From NCBI GenBank assembly GCA_019308925.1, contig JAFDHG010000007.1, positions 10,169-74,168 on the forward strand: 64,000 bases of DNA. The letters are read 5' to 3'. The notes below the pieces were generated by a model. It made no database searches. It was not told where the DNA came from and saw nothing but the letters and a program-made list of their open reading frames with translations. Numbering within the stretch: the first letter of the stretch is position 1; every line of letters starts with the position of its first letter. Shown here piece after piece: positions 46,875-61,218 of the stretch. The DNA is from Deltaproteobacteria bacterium. Lineage in GTDB: Bacteria; Desulfobacterota; B13-G15; RBG-16-54-18. The position numbers and the translations under genes were made by a program.

Positions 46875-47897
46875 TCAGATATTGCCTTTGACATATTCGA
46901 GCGCCAGGTCATAGTATTGTTTTGCTCTCTGAAAGGCATCATCCCTCACCTTCTTGTCGAGCCCCTCATCATCGAGCATGAAGGAGGTGACCTTGGCTCT
47001 CACATAGGCCCGGTAGACCTTGTAGAACTGAAGGACACGTGCCAGGGTGGAATCACCCGAGGCCTCGGTATATGCCTCCACAAAGATCCTGCCGAGCTCA
47101 GGATATCCGTTTAGGTCCAGATCCATGGAAAGGAATGCCACGTCTGAGGCCACGTCACCGAAGCGAAACCGTTCGTTGAACTCAATGCAGTCGAAGATGT
47201 ATATTCCCTCACCTTCTATGCAGATGTGCTGCAAATGCAGATCGCCGTGGCATTCCTTGATGCAGCCCTGGACCACCCTCTGTTCGAACAGTGCTGCATT
47301 TTCTTCCATAAAGGATAGACTCCACGATTCGATTGATTCGAATATCTCCTTTGAAATAGGGCCGCCGATATACTTTCTGGTCTGCTCGAAGTTTTCCTTC
47401 ACGTTGGTGGAGATGACATCCAGCCCGCCGAAGGCCCGGGATTTCTCATCGCTTTGGATGGCCGCATACACCCTGGCAAGGTGGCTGCCGATGCGCTGCA
47501 TATGGTCAGAGGTTACCCTGCCTGCCTCCAGGAGCCGGTAGAGCATGCGATCCTCGCTAATGCGCCTCATCTTGAGGGCGTATTCTATCACCTTTGAATC
47601 ATCTCCCAGGCGGAAAGAGTCACCATCAACGGAGATGGGGACCACCTCCAGGTAGACATCTGGAGAGAATCGTCTGTTCAGCCGGAGCTCCTCCTGACAA
47701 AAATGGCGGCGTTTCTCCAAGGTGGTGAAATCTAAGAACCCGAAATCCACAGGTTTTTTGACCTTATAGACCAGTTCTCCTGTGAGGAATATGTAAGAGA
47801 TATGTGTCTGAAGAAGGTCCACCTTGGGAGGGCGATGGGGATAGAAGGCGGGATCAAGCATCGCCTTTATCAATGGGGAAAGCTCTACCATCTTCAC
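46875..47897 (-). CDS. Aminoglycoside phosphotransferase (APH)-like kinase-fold protein (COG2187-like)
   Basis: Catalytic-loop HGDLHLQH and DFG-like IFDCIEF...D motifs. 340 aa. Confidence 0.75.
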   Translation of the reverse strand: MKMVELSPLIKAMLDPAFYPHRPPKVDLLQTHISYIFLTGELVYKVKKPVDFGFLDFTTLEKRRHFCQEELRLNRRFSPDVYLEVVPISVDGDSFRLGDDSKVIEYALKMRRISEDRMLYRLLEAGRVTSDHMQRIGSHLARVYAAIQSDEKSRAFGGLDVISTNVKENFEQTRKYIGGPISKEIFESIESWSLSFMEENAALFEQRVVQGCIKECHGDLHLQHICIEGEGIYIFDCIEFNERFRFGDVASDVAFLSMDLDLNGYPELGRIFVEAYTEASGDSTLARVLQFYKVYRAYVRAKVTSFMLDDEGLDKKVRDDAFQRAKQYYDLALEYVKGNI

Positions 47898-49042
47898 ACC
47901 CTTTCATAAGGGTCGAAGAGTTTTTTGTACTCACCCAGTGCAAACCGGTCGGTCATCCCGGCTATATAATCGCATACCACCTTGGGTGCGGGCTCTTCAG
48001 CCATACGCCCCTGGTATTTCTCGGGAAGTAACGTGGGGTTTTCTATGTAGGCATTGAAAAGCTCCGTTATGAACTTTTCTGCCTTTATCCTCATCCTCTC
48101 CACCCGCCAGTGACGGTATAGCCTTTTATATAGGAATGCCTTTAAGAGGTCGCTATCCTTTTGGACTTGAGGGCTATAACTGACCGAGTTTCTCCTTATA
48201 CATCTTACATCTTTTAGTGTCTCTATGCCGCTGTCTTTTATTGCTTTTTGGGTCTGTGCCACTACGTCCTGGATTAGAAGGCCGATGAGGTGGCTTATGG
48301 CCGTATATTTTTTCGCCTTTGGTATAGCATGAGGATATTTTCTCTCCACCCTCTGGTAGACCTCCTGCCATATAGGGACTTCCATGAGCTCCTCCATCTG
48401 GATAAGGCTCGATTCCAACCCGTCATCTATATCGTGATTGTTGTATGCAATCTCATCGGCCAAGTTTATTATCTGGGCCTCCAAGGTGGGGGCCAGGCTC
48501 ATCTCGTATTCGGAAAGGTCAACGGATGGTGAATCGTGATAGGAAGAATGCTTGGCCAATCCCTCCCTCGTCTCAAAGGTCAGGTTCAGACCAGGGAAAT
48601 TGGGATATCTCTCCTCCAGCATCTCCACTACCCGCAGGCTCTGGAGGTTGTGCTCAAAGCCTCCGTAATCGGACATCAGGACGTTTAGGGCACTTTCTCC
48701 CGCATGGCCGAAAGGGGTATGTCCCAGGTCATGCGCCAAGGCGATGGCCTCGGTGAGCTCCTCGTTGAGCCTCAGCTTACGCGCAATCCCCCTGGCGATC
48801 TGGGCCACTTCCAAGGAGTGGGTGAGGCGTGTCCGGTAATAATCTCCCTCGTGGTTGACGAAGACCTGGGTCTTATACTCCAGCCTCCTGAAGGCGGCGC
48901 AGTGGATGATCCGATCCCGATCCCTCTCGAAGGCAGGCCGATCGTCCTTGAACTCCTCTGGATACTTCCTGCCCTTGGAGCTGCGGCTGCAGGAGGCATA
49001 AGGGGCGAGATCGCGGCGCTCATAATCGACCATTTCCTTCAC
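47894..49042 (-). CDS. dgt: dGTP triphosphohydrolase-like HD-domain protein
   Basis: Dgt-type N-terminus (…IIHCAAFRRLEYKTQVF…RTRLTHSLEVAQIAR) and an HD motif (LAHDLGHTPFGH). Confidence 0.85.
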   Translation of the reverse strand: MKEMVDYERRDLAPYASCSRSSKGRKYPEEFKDDRPAFERDRDRIIHCAAFRRLEYKTQVFVNHEGDYYRTRLTHSLEVAQIARGIARKLRLNEELTEAIALAHDLGHTPFGHAGESALNVLMSDYGGFEHNLQSLRVVEMLEERYPNFPGLNLTFETREGLAKHSSYHDSPSVDLSEYEMSLAPTLEAQIINLADEIAYNNHDIDDGLESSLIQMEELMEVPIWQEVYQRVERKYPHAIPKAKKYTAISHLIGLLIQDVVAQTQKAIKDSGIETLKDVRCIRRNSVSYSPQVQKDSDLLKAFLYKRLYRHWRVERMRIKAEKFITELFNAYIENPTLLPEKYQGRMAEEPAPKVVCDYIAGMTDRFALGEYKKLFDPYERV

Positions 49043-49155
49043 CTCATGGGCATCTTATAGCCTCCTCTCTCCCCTTGTCAAGGGAGTGAACCCCAAAGCC
49101 CCCTGCAAACTGATAAGCCGTTCTAAATGATTTTGGGCTTCTATGAACATTTTCC

Positions 49156-49184
49156 TTGATAAGGGGCCTAATTTCTGATAAAAT
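49156..49184 (+). promoter_or_regulatory. Candidate gyrA promoter (TTGATA-17-TAAAAT)
   Basis: Read directly from the sequence. The -10 ends 16 nt upstream of the gyrA ATG. Confidence 0.45.
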
Positions 49185-49200
49185 ATAAAAAAATTAACCA

Positions 49201-51654
49201 ATGGAGTATGTTGTGATGCTTCCTGCCAAAAGGCCTTTGCCGGTGAATATCGAAGATGAGATGCGCAAATCCTATATGGATTATGCCATGAGCGTCATCA
49301 TCGGGCGGGCCCTCCCGGATGTGCGGGATGGACTCAAGCCCGTACACCGGCGAGTCCTCTATGCCATGCACACACTCGGAAACCATTGGAACAAACCCTT
49401 CAAGAAATCGGCCCGGGTGGTGGGAGACGTTATCGGGAAATACCACCCCCATGGGGACGCTGCGGTCTACGATACCATCGTCAGGATGTCCCAGGACTTT
49501 TCTCTACGCTACCCCCTTGTGCAAGGGCAAGGCAACTTCGGCTCAGTGGACGGGGACTCTGCAGCTGCCATGAGGTATACAGAGGTCAGGCTCACCCGCT
49601 TGGCCCATGAACTACTGGCAGACATCGATAAGGATACGGTAGACTTTGGGCCCAACTATGACGATTCCCTTCAGGAACCCCTGCTTCTGCCAGCCCCTTT
49701 CCCTAACCTCCTAGTCAATGGCTCAGCAGGCATCGCCGTGGGGATGGCCACGAATATACCACCCCACAACCTAGTTGAGGTCATCGACGCCATCGTGGCC
49801 CAGATAGAGGATCCGAGAATAACCATCGAGGAGTTGATGGAGTTCATCCCTGGGCCCGACTTCCCCACCGGTTCCATCATCTATGGGAAGGAGGGGATTA
49901 GGGCGGCCTATCAGACGGGTAAGGGGGTCATCCATCTCCGGGCCCGGGCCTTGGTGGAGAAGCAAAAGGGGGAGCGTGATCGGATCATCATCACTGAGAT
50001 CCCCTATCAGGTGAACAAGGCCCGCCTAGTGGAGAAAATCGCCCTGTTGATGCAAGAGAAGCGCATCGAGGGGATCTCCGAAGTAAGGGATGAGTCCGAT
50101 CGAGATGGTATGAGGATAGTATTGGAGCTCAAAAAGGACGAGGTGGCTGAGGTGGTACTCAACCAACTCTATAAGCTCACCCAGATGCAGGTCTCCTTCG
50201 GGATCATCCTCCTGGCCATAGTGGACAACAGGCCTTCCGTTTTAAATTTAAAGGAACTTATCGGCCATTTTATCGAACATCGCAAGGTGGTAGTCACCCG
50301 TCGCTCCCGCCACGAACTGCGTGAGGCCGAGGCCCGTGCCCACATCCTGCAAGGGCTGCTGAAGGCCTTGGGCCAGATAGATGCCATTATCGCCCTGATC
50401 AAGGGTTCAAAAACACCAGCTGGGGCGAAGGAAACACTGGTTAAAAGATTCGCATTCACCGAGGCTCAGGCTCAGGCCATCTTGGACATGCGGCTGCAAC
50501 GCCTCACTGGCTTGGAACGAGAGAAGGTCGCCGAAGAGTTCGAAGGGCTGAGCAAGGAGATCGCTAGGCTTAGACAGATCCTCGGCGATGAAGGGCTCTT
50601 GATGGAGGTGATCGTCAAGGGGCTACGGGATATCCAAGAGGAGTTCGGTGACCCCCGTCAGACACAGATCATCGAGGAGGAGGGGGAAGTTCGTCTGGAA
50701 GACCTCATCCTGGAGGAGGATATGGTGGTCACCATAACGCATACCGGCTATATCAAGAGGACGTCGCCTGGACTTTATCGCAGCCAACGCCGAGGTGGGA
50801 AGGGGAGGTTGGGTATCACTGTAAAGGATCAGGACTTCGTGGAACACATCTTTATCGCCTCCACCCACCATTACATCCTCTTTTCTACCGATAGAGGTAA
50901 GGTCTATTGGTTGAAGGTGCATCAAATACCCCAGGCTGCCCCCTCAGCCAAGGGTAAGGCCCTGGTCAACCTCATCACCCTCTCTCCCCAGGAGAGGATA
51001 ACGGCCATCCTCCCGGTTAAGGAGTTCAAGTCAGGAATATCCATCATCATGGCTACCAAAAAAGGGATGTTGAAAAAGACCGCCCTGCAGGCCTTCAGTC
51101 ATCCGCGCTCCGACGGTATCATCGCCCTACGCCTGGGGGAAGGGGATGGTCTGGTAGCTGCTAAGCTCTCTATGGAGAAGAGGGAGATCTTTTTGGGGAC
51201 GCGCATGGGAAAGGCGATTAGGTTCAAGGAGACTCAGCTTAGGGAGATGGGCAGAGGAGCCAGAGGGGTTAGGGGGATCAACCTCGGGCCGCATGACCGC
51301 TTGGTCGCCTTGGAAATCATCCAAGAGGGGGCCTTTATCCTCAGCGTGACCGAAGGGGGCTACGGGAAAAGGACCTCTTTATCAGAGTACAGGTGTCAAA
51401 ACCGGGGAGGGAAAGGGGTGATCAACACCATGGTCTCCGAGAAGAATGGACCAGTAGTGGGTATTCTGCAGGTTGTGGAGGAGGACGAGGTGATCTTGAT
51501 TACAGATAAAGGTAAGGTATTGAGACTCTCGGTGGAAGACGTCCCCCTGCGGGGGAGAAATACCATAGGGGTCAGGCTCATCGGCCTGGAGGAAGGGGCA
51601 AGGGTGGTGGGTTTGGCAAAACTCGTGGAAAAAGAGAAAAAGGACTTGACCTAG
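49201..51654 (+). CDS. gyrA: DNA gyrase subunit A
   Basis: 817 aa with the active-site Tyr region (AAMRYTE), a QRDR-type region and C-terminal beta-pinwheel repeats. Confidence 0.95.
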   Translation: MEYVVMLPAKRPLPVNIEDEMRKSYMDYAMSVIIGRALPDVRDGLKPVHRRVLYAMHTLGNHWNKPFKKSARVVGDVIGKYHPHGDAAVYDTIVRMSQDFSLRYPLVQGQGNFGSVDGDSAAAMRYTEVRLTRLAHELLADIDKDTVDFGPNYDDSLQEPLLLPAPFPNLLVNGSAGIAVGMATNIPPHNLVEVIDAIVAQIEDPRITIEELMEFIPGPDFPTGSIIYGKEGIRAAYQTGKGVIHLRARALVEKQKGERDRIIITEIPYQVNKARLVEKIALLMQEKRIEGISEVRDESDRDGMRIVLELKKDEVAEVVLNQLYKLTQMQVSFGIILLAIVDNRPSVLNLKELIGHFIEHRKVVVTRRSRHELREAEARAHILQGLLKALGQIDAIIALIKGSKTPAGAKETLVKRFAFTEAQAQAILDMRLQRLTGLEREKVAEEFEGLSKEIARLRQILGDEGLLMEVIVKGLRDIQEEFGDPRQTQIIEEEGEVRLEDLILEEDMVVTITHTGYIKRTSPGLYRSQRRGGKGRLGITVKDQDFVEHIFIASTHHYILFSTDRGKVYWLKVHQIPQAAPSAKGKALVNLITLSPQERITAILPVKEFKSGISIIMATKKGMLKKTALQAFSHPRSDGIIALRLGEGDGLVAAKLSMEKREIFLGTRMGKAIRFKETQLREMGRGARGVRGINLGPHDRLVALEIIQEGAFILSVTEGGYGKRTSLSEYRCQNRGGKGVINTMVSEKNGPVVGILQVVEEDEVILITDKGKVLRLSVEDVPLRGRNTIGVRLIGLEEGARVVGLAKLVEKEKKDLT

Positions 51655-51780
51655 AATTGTTTTTTTGATAAATATGAAATTGTTGTACATCTTGGTCTTT
51701 AAAAGCCTTCGGCTTTGGAATTTAAAATGGGTTAACAGGCTTTCAAGATTTTTTCCCTTCTCCTATCTATCTTAAAAAGA

Positions 51781-51800
51781 TATCCACAAATTGTGGATTA
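51781..51800. promoter_or_regulatory. Two inverted DnaA-box-like 9-mers (TATCCACAA / TTGTGGATTA) forming a 17-bp palindrome upstream of dnaA
   Basis: Each matches the TTATCCACA consensus at 8 of 9. They sit in an AT-rich intergenic region (51655-51860). Confidence 0.5.
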
Positions 51801-51860
51801 AATGTCGAAAAATCCATTTATGAAAAACTGTGACCCCCTTAAAAATCTTTGGTATAAATC

Positions 51861-53189
51861 ATGGAAGATTTCTGGCTACAGGTTTTAGAGGCCATCAAGG
51901 GACAGATAAATATAAACAGCTTTGAGACATGGATTAAACCCATTCAGGTTGGGTCCCTATTAGAGAAGGAGATCATCCTCGAGGTGCCCAATAACTTCTT
52001 CCGTGACTGGGTCGCCGAGCATTACTTAAATACTATAAAAACGGCTCTTTATGACCTAACTGGTGAAGATTTTTTGGTATCCCTACAGACAAAGAAGATG
52101 AAGCCTCCCTACCTGAAAGGGGCTTCGGAAAAGAAAGTGGCGGTTGATGAAGATTTGGCCAGCCGCATGTTCAACCTCCGGTATACCTTTGAAAATTTTG
52201 TGGCTGGTGCGGGGAACCAATTTGCCCATGCAGCATCACAGGCAGTAGCCGACACACCAGGGAGAAGATATAACCCCCTGTTTATTTATGGCGGGGTTGG
52301 GTTGGGGAAGACACATCTATTGAACGCCATCGGCCACCGAATGGTAAAAAACAGGACCGTCTCTGACCCCAACAAGCTGTGTTATATCTCTTCTGAGGAG
52401 TTCACAAATGAACTGGTCAACTCCATTCGTTTTGAGCGCATGGATGGATTTAGGCGGAGGTTCAGGAGTGTCGAGGTACTTCTGATAGACGATATCCAGT
52501 TTATTTCTGGGAAGGAGAGGACGCAGATAGAGTTTTTCCATACTTTCAACTCTTTGTATGAGAACAAAAGGCAAATTGTAATCACGAGCGATAAGTTCCC
52601 TCGAGAAATCCCTGATTTTGAGGAGCGTCTCAAATCCCGCTTTGAGTGGGGTCTCATCGCCGACATCCAACCTCCTGATGTTGAGACAAAGGTGGCTATT
52701 CTAAAGAAAAAGGCAGAGCTAGAAAATATATATATACCTAATGATGTAGCATTTTTTTTGGCTTCTCACATCAATTCTAATATCCGCATATTGGAGGGCT
52801 GTCTCATAAGACTGGGGGCCTTTGCTTCTCTTACCAAGAGGGAAATTACCCTAGAAATGGCCAAGGAGGTATTGAGAAGCTTTATAAAAGACAGGGAGGC
52901 GACAATTTCCATCGATAATATACAAAAGAGGGTTGCATCCTATTTTAACCTAAAGCCAAAAGATCTGAGGTCTAAAAGGAGATTGAAACAAGTGGTGATA
53001 CCCAGGCAGATAGCCATGTATCTTGCCAAAAAGCTCACTACTTGTTCCCTCATAGAGATTGGGGAAAAGTTCGGTGGAAAGGATCATTCTACGGTTATCC
53101 ACTCTATAAAGAAGACTGAAGAAAAGATTTCCCACGATAAATACATAAAAAGTGTAGTCGATGATCTAATGGCAAAAATTAGGGAGTAG
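51861..53189 (+). CDS. dnaA: Chromosomal replication initiator DnaA
   Basis: AAA+ Walker A (GGVGLGKTHLL), sensor motifs and a C-terminal DNA-binding domain. 442 aa. Confidence 0.95.
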   Translation: MEDFWLQVLEAIKGQININSFETWIKPIQVGSLLEKEIILEVPNNFFRDWVAEHYLNTIKTALYDLTGEDFLVSLQTKKMKPPYLKGASEKKVAVDEDLASRMFNLRYTFENFVAGAGNQFAHAASQAVADTPGRRYNPLFIYGGVGLGKTHLLNAIGHRMVKNRTVSDPNKLCYISSEEFTNELVNSIRFERMDGFRRRFRSVEVLLIDDIQFISGKERTQIEFFHTFNSLYENKRQIVITSDKFPREIPDFEERLKSRFEWGLIADIQPPDVETKVAILKKKAELENIYIPNDVAFFLASHINSNIRILEGCLIRLGAFASLTKREITLEMAKEVLRSFIKDREATISIDNIQKRVASYFNLKPKDLRSKRRLKQVVIPRQIAMYLAKKLTTCSLIEIGEKFGGKDHSTVIHSIKKTEEKISHDKYIKSVVDDLMAKIRE

Positions 53190-53317
53190 TTTTGCACAGA
53201 GATGAACTTCGATATGTGAAAATAGTAAACAAACTTATTCTCTTTATTATCAGTGAATTATAGGAGATATTAACCTTTTAACACCTATTATTACTACTAA
53301 GAACTAAGGAAACTTAT
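53190..53317. other. Candidate DNA-unwinding-element-like spacer: AT-rich (about 30% GC) dnaA-dnaN intergenic region
   Basis: Composition judged by eye against flanking genes of about 55% GC or more. It contains only weak DnaA-box-like 9-mers (TTATCAGTG). Confidence 0.35.
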
Positions 53318-54424
53318 ATGAAGTTCATAGTAGAAAAGGCCTTTTTTCAGACAAGTTTGGGAAAAATTCAAGGGATTGCAGAAAGAAGAAGTACCATTCC
53401 CATTCTTTCAAACATATTAATTTCAGGAGAGAAGAACAGGTTAAATATAGTGGCCACCGACCTCGAAATAGGAGTGAAGGAAAGTATTGAGGCCAACATT
53501 ATGGAAAAGGGCGACATCTGTATCCCTGCGAAAAAGCTATATGATGCTGTCAGAGAGCTTTCCGAAGAGAAGGTTGAAATACAACGAGAAGGGAACTTTT
53601 GGATCTCGATAAAGGCTGGTAAAACAATCTTCAGCCTTCCTGGGGTAGACCCCGACGAGTTTCCCAAATTTCCCGATACTGAGGGCGCTAATTATTTTAA
53701 TTTAAGGACTTCCGACCTCTTAGGAATGGTTGAAAAGACTGTTTTCGCAGCTTCGACAGAGGAATCTAGGTTCAATCTTAATGGAATTTATATGGAGAAG
53801 GTGAAGGAGGAAAACAGAGAGTTTTTACGCATGGTGGCTACTGATGGACACAGGTTATCCAAAATAGATAAAGAGGTGGAGTCAACCCTAGACAAGGGTG
53901 TTATTATCCCCCGCCGAGGTTTGATAGAGTTAAGGAGGATCTTAGGGGAAGAAGAGGAGGAGGTGGCCATTTCTATCAAGGACAACAACTGTATTTTTAA
54001 GACAAATCGCAATACGGTAGTAGTTCGCCTATTAGAAGGAGAATACCCTGACTATCAACAGGTTATTCCCACAGCTAACGACAAGCTGATATTGGTTAAC
54101 AAAAAAGAGTTTATGGGTTCTTTACGTCGAGCCCAAGTAATCGCCAGCGAAAAAGGAGAAGGGGTTAGATTCTCCATAAAGGGTGGTCTAATGGAGATCA
54201 ACACGGGAGGCCCAGATGTGGGCAGTGTACAAGAAGAGATAAAGATCGATTATGAAGGGGACCCCTTAGAAATATCCTTTAATGCCAGATACCTCCTAGA
54301 TGTTTTGAATATAATGGATGCGGATGAGGTAAGGGTGGAGTTAAAAGAAGAATTGATTGCTGGGGTGATAAGACCTGTGGATGGAGAGGCGTTTTTATAT
54401 GTAATAATGCCCATGCGCCCTTAA
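53318..54424 (+). CDS. dnaN: DNA polymerase III beta sliding clamp
   Basis: 368 aa with three-domain clamp architecture and a conserved N-terminus. Confidence 0.92.
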   Translation: MKFIVEKAFFQTSLGKIQGIAERRSTIPILSNILISGEKNRLNIVATDLEIGVKESIEANIMEKGDICIPAKKLYDAVRELSEEKVEIQREGNFWISIKAGKTIFSLPGVDPDEFPKFPDTEGANYFNLRTSDLLGMVEKTVFAASTEESRFNLNGIYMEKVKEENREFLRMVATDGHRLSKIDKEVESTLDKGVIIPRRGLIELRRILGEEEEEVAISIKDNNCIFKTNRNTVVVRLLEGEYPDYQQVIPTANDKLILVNKKEFMGSLRRAQVIASEKGEGVRFSIKGGLMEINTGGPDVGSVQEEIKIDYEGDPLEISFNARYLLDVLNIMDADEVRVELKEELIAGVIRPVDGEAFLYVIMPMRP

Positions 54425-54480
54425 GACCAGAGATATCCCCTCCTATAAAAATGTCTTTTCCTGTTCATTTCATAGATTAA

Positions 54481-57505
<3,025 letters not shown>

Positions 57506-57509
<4 letters not shown>

Positions 57510-58768
57510 ATACAGAGGTTATAAACCTTAGAGATTTGAAAAGCAAGAAAATATCGGAGCTGGCGGCCTTGGCCAAGGAGCTGAAGGTGGGTGGGGCGGC
57601 CAATATGCGCAGGCAGGAGCTGATCTTCGCCATTCTGCAGGCGCAGGCTGATAAGGACGGGGTCATCTATGGGGAGGGGGTCCTGGAGATCCTGCCCGAC
57701 GGTTTCGGCTTTCTCCGCTCTCCGGACTACAACTATCTGCCGGGTCCAGACGACATCTATGTCTCCCCCTCGCAGATAAGGAGGTTCAATCTGAGGACAG
57801 GGGAAACCATCTCGGGGCATATAAGGCCCCCCAAGGAAACGGAGAGATACTTTGCCCTCCTCAAGGTGGAGAAGCTCAGCTACGAAGACCCCGAGGTGGC
57901 GAAAGACAAGATCCTTTTTGACAATCTTACACCCCTATATCCGCAGGAGAAGGTCAAATTGGAGTACGATCCCAACAACTACTCTACGAGGGTGATGGAC
58001 CTCCTCACCCCCATAGGAAAGGGGCAGAGGGGTTTGATTGTTGCCCCTCCAAGGACAGGGAAGACTATGCTCCTACAGTCCATCGCCCACAGCGTTATGG
58101 CCAATCACAAGGAGATGATCCTGATCGTGCTCCTCATCGATGAGCGGCCCGAGGAGGTGACTGATATGGAGCGTTCGGTAGAGGGGGAGGTGATAAGCTC
58201 CACCTTTGATGAGCCCCCTCAACGACATGTCCAGGTGGCTGAGATGGTGGCCGAAAAGGCCAAGAGGCTGGTGGAGCACCAGATGGACGTGATCATCCTC
58301 TTGGACAGCATTACTAGGTTGGCCAGGGCCTATAATGCCGTGATACCTCCCAGCGGAAAGGTCCTCTCGGGTGGGATAGACGCCAACGCCCTCCAGAAGC
58401 CTAAGCGCTTCTTCGGCGCCGCCAGAAACATCGAGGAGGGAGGGAGCCTGACCGTCGTCGCCACGGCCCTGATCGATACGGGGAGTAGGATGGATGATGT
58501 GATCTTCGAGGAGTTCAAGGGGACAGGTAATATGGAGTTGGTGTTGGATAGACGCCTAGTGGACAGGAGGATCTTTCCGGCCATAGATATAAACCGCTCG
58601 GGGACGAGGAAGGAAGAGCTCTTGCTGGACGAGAACGACCTAAACCGCATCTGGCTCTTGCGCAAGGTGCTGACACCTATGAACACGGTGGACAGCATGG
58701 AGTTCCTGTTGGACAAGTTGTGCAAGACCACCAGCAACAGGGAATTTTTAGATACCATGAACCAGTGA
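57506..58768 (+). CDS. rho: Transcription termination factor Rho
   Basis: N-terminal RNA-binding domain, Walker A (PPRTGKT) and Q/R loops. 420 aa. ATGA overlap with coaE. Confidence 0.95.
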
Positions 58769-58826
58769 GAAGGGGTTGAAAATAAGGACAAGATACGCTA
58801 TTTTTATCTAAAAAGGGGGTTGAAGG

Positions 58827-59051
58827 ATGAAGAAAGGGATCCACCCTGAGCTGTACGATATCACCATTACCTGTGCCTGTGGGGCCACCTTTCAAACCAA
58901 GTCCACCCGAAGGGACTATTCTGTTGATGTATGTTCCCGCTGTCACCCCTTCTTTACGGGCAGGGAAAAGTTGGTGGATACGGCGGGCAGAATAGAGAAG
59001 TTTACCCGCAAGTACAAACACCTCCAGAAAGAGGGGCAGAAGAAGGGATAG
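58827..59051 (+). CDS. rpmE: 50S ribosomal protein L31 (zinc-ribbon form)
   Basis: [11 protein letters not shown]-terminus. CxC...CxxCHPF zinc motif. Confidence 0.9.
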   Translation: MKKGIHPELYDITITCACGATFQTKSTRRDYSVDVCSRCHPFFTGREKLVDTAGRIEKFTRKYKHLQKEGQKKG

Positions 59052-59061
59052 GGGGACTCCT

Positions 59062-59110
59062 CACCGGCCGAAGGGAGAGGTATCCTTTGCCCAGCCGGTG
59101 ATATTTTTTT
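59062..59110 (+). terminator. Rho-independent terminator after rpmE (CACCGGC...GCCGGTG stem followed by T7)
   Basis: GC stem followed by ATATTTTTTT. Confidence 0.6.
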
Positions 59111-59266
59111 GCCCCGAAAGAGAGTGAGGGGGGATAGGTTAAAGACAAGGGGAATCTGCTGTTCCACGTTGTGGCGGGCCTGTCCTATGCAGAGGTTGAC
59201 CGTTGATGAGCCCTCTGATACTCAGATAAAGGCGGCCATTGTGGCCTTATAAGGAGGAGGTGGATC

Positions 59267-60358
59267 TTGAATATGGAGGTCCTGGAGAAGTTGGACGAGC
59301 TGGAGGCCAGGTATGAGGAGGTGGAGTGCCTCCTGGGTGACCCCCAGGTGGTGGCCCGGAAGGAGGAGTACCAGCAATACGCCAAAGAACATGCGGATCT
59401 GGGGCGGATAGTGGAACGCTTCCGGAGGTACAAGGACCTCCTCAGGCGAATAGAGGAGGATAAGGCCCTGCTTAAGGAAGAAGAAGAGGAGCTCAAAAAT
59501 ATGGCCCGTGAAGAGGTCGCCGACCTCATGGAAGAAAGGGAGCGGGTGGAGCGGGAGCTGATCGTCTCCCTTCTACCCAAGGACCCCAACGATGAAAAGA
59601 ACATCGTCCTGGAGATTAGGGCTGGTACAGGAGGGGAAGAGGCCGCCCTCTTTACGGCGGATCTCTTTCGGATGTATGCCAAATATGCCGAGATGAATAA
59701 CTGGCGGGTAGAAGTACTAAGCCAGCACCCCACCGGTGTTGGGGGATTCAAAGAGATCATCGCCCTCATCGAAGGGAAGGGGGTCTATAGCAAGTTGAAA
59801 TATGAGAGTGGCGTACACAGGGTGCAGCGGGTCCCCGCCACCGAGTCCCAGGGGCGGATCCACACCTCAGCGGTCACTGTGGCGGTTCTGCCCGAGGCTG
59901 AGGAGGTAGAGGTGGAGACCACCCCCAAGGACCTCAGGATAGATGTATACCGGTCCTCGGGCCCCGGCGGGCAACATGTCAACACCACAGACTCAGCGGT
60001 CAGAATAACCCACCTTCCCACCGGCATAGTGGCGACTTGCCAGGATGAGAAGTCCCAGCACAAGAATAAGGCCAAAGCAATGAAGGTCCTGCGGGCGAGG
60101 CTCCTCGATATGCAAAGGCAGAGGCAGCAAGAGGAGATTACCCAACGGAGGCGCAGCCAAGTGGGAACGGGGGACCGCAGTGAGCGGATCAGGACCTATA
60201 ATTTCCCCCAGGGCAGGGCAACCGACCACCGCATTGGCCTCACCCTTTATAAACTGGAGGAGGTCATGGAGGGGAACCTGGGAGAGATCATCGATGCCCT
60301 CATCACCCATTATCAGGCCGAGGCCATTCGACAAAAGGAGGGGGCAGTTAGCCGCTGA
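59267..60358 (+). CDS. prfA: Peptide chain release factor 1 (TTG at 59267 or ATG at 59273)
   Basis: GGQ motif (GGQHVNTT) and an RF1-type PxT region (PATE). A GGAGGAGG RBS lies upstream. Confidence 0.92.
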   Translation: MNMEVLEKLDELEARYEEVECLLGDPQVVARKEEYQQYAKEHADLGRIVERFRRYKDLLRRIEEDKALLKEEEEELKNMAREEVADLMEERERVERELIVSLLPKDPNDEKNIVLEIRAGTGGEEAALFTADLFRMYAKYAEMNNWRVEVLSQHPTGVGGFKEIIALIEGKGVYSKLKYESGVHRVQRVPATESQGRIHTSAVTVAVLPEAEEVEVETTPKDLRIDVYRSSGPGGQHVNTTDSAVRITHLPTGIVATCQDEKSQHKNKAKAMKVLRARLLDMQRQRQQEEITQRRRSQVGTGDRSERIRTYNFPQGRATDHRIGLTLYKLEEVMEGNLGEIIDALITHYQAEAIRQKEGAVSR

Positions 60359-61218
60359 TGGCCCAGGAGCGCTGGACGGTGCTGAAGGTCCTAGAGTGGA
60401 CGACGGAGTACTTTCGGGAAAAGGGGATGGAAAAACCACGCCTGGAGGCCGAGGTGCTCCTGGCCCACCTCTTGGGGGTAGATCGGGTGGGGCTCTATCT
60501 CAACTATGACAAACCCCTCAAGGAGGAGGAGCGGAGGGTATATCGGGAGATGATCCAACGGCGCACCGCTTGGGAGCCTATCGCCTATATCTTGGGGTAT
60601 AATGAGTTTTGGTCCTTGAGATTTAAGGTGAGCCCTGAATGCCTCATCCCGCGCCCGGAGACCGAGCACTTGGTGGAGGAGGTCTTGCGAATAGGCGGAC
60701 AGTTGCAACCTCCGCTGCGGGTGCTGGAGATAGGGACCGGCTGCGGGGCAGTGGCCATTGTCTTGGCCAAGGAACTAAAGGAGACACAAATCGTGGCCAC
60801 GGATATCTCAGCCCATGCCCTCTCCTTGGCGCAGGAGAACGCCCAGGCGCACGGGGTAGGGGAGAGGATCAGGTTTGTACAAAAGGATCTTTTCCCATGT
60901 GTAGGGACACCCTTCTGCCTCATCGTCTCCAATCCCCCCTATATTCCCACCGACGAGATCCTCCAACTGGCCCCGGACGTGAGGGATTATGAACCCCTCA
61001 ACGCCCTGGATGGGGGAGAGGATGGGCTGCGCTTTTTCCGGGAGATCGCTCAAGGGGCACCGGGTTTTCTGATCGAAGGGGGTTGGCTCCTCTTGGAGAT
61101 GGGGAAGGGGCAGGCCCAGAAGGTAACCGATATCTTGGAGGGGGAGAAGTTCACGCATATTGAACTGGTCCCGGACTATGCCGGGATCAAGAGGGTGGTC
61201 AGGGCACAGAGGGGATGA
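60358..61218 (+). CDS. prmC: Release factor glutamine N5-methyltransferase PrmC (HemK)
   Basis: NPPY motif ([10 protein letters not shown]) and a SAM-binding Gly-rich loop (EIGTGCG). 1-nt overlap with prfA. Confidence 0.85.
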   Translation: MAQERWTVLKVLEWTTEYFREKGMEKPRLEAEVLLAHLLGVDRVGLYLNYDKPLKEEERRVYREMIQRRTAWEPIAYILGYNEFWSLRFKVSPECLIPRPETEHLVEEVLRIGGQLQPPLRVLEIGTGCGAVAIVLAKELKETQIVATDISAHALSLAQENAQAHGVGERIRFVQKDLFPCVGTPFCLIVSNPPYIPTDEILQLAPDVRDYEPLNALDGGEDGLRFFREIAQGAPGFLIEGGWLLLEMGKGQAQKVTDILEGEKFTHIELVPDYAGIKRVVRAQRG

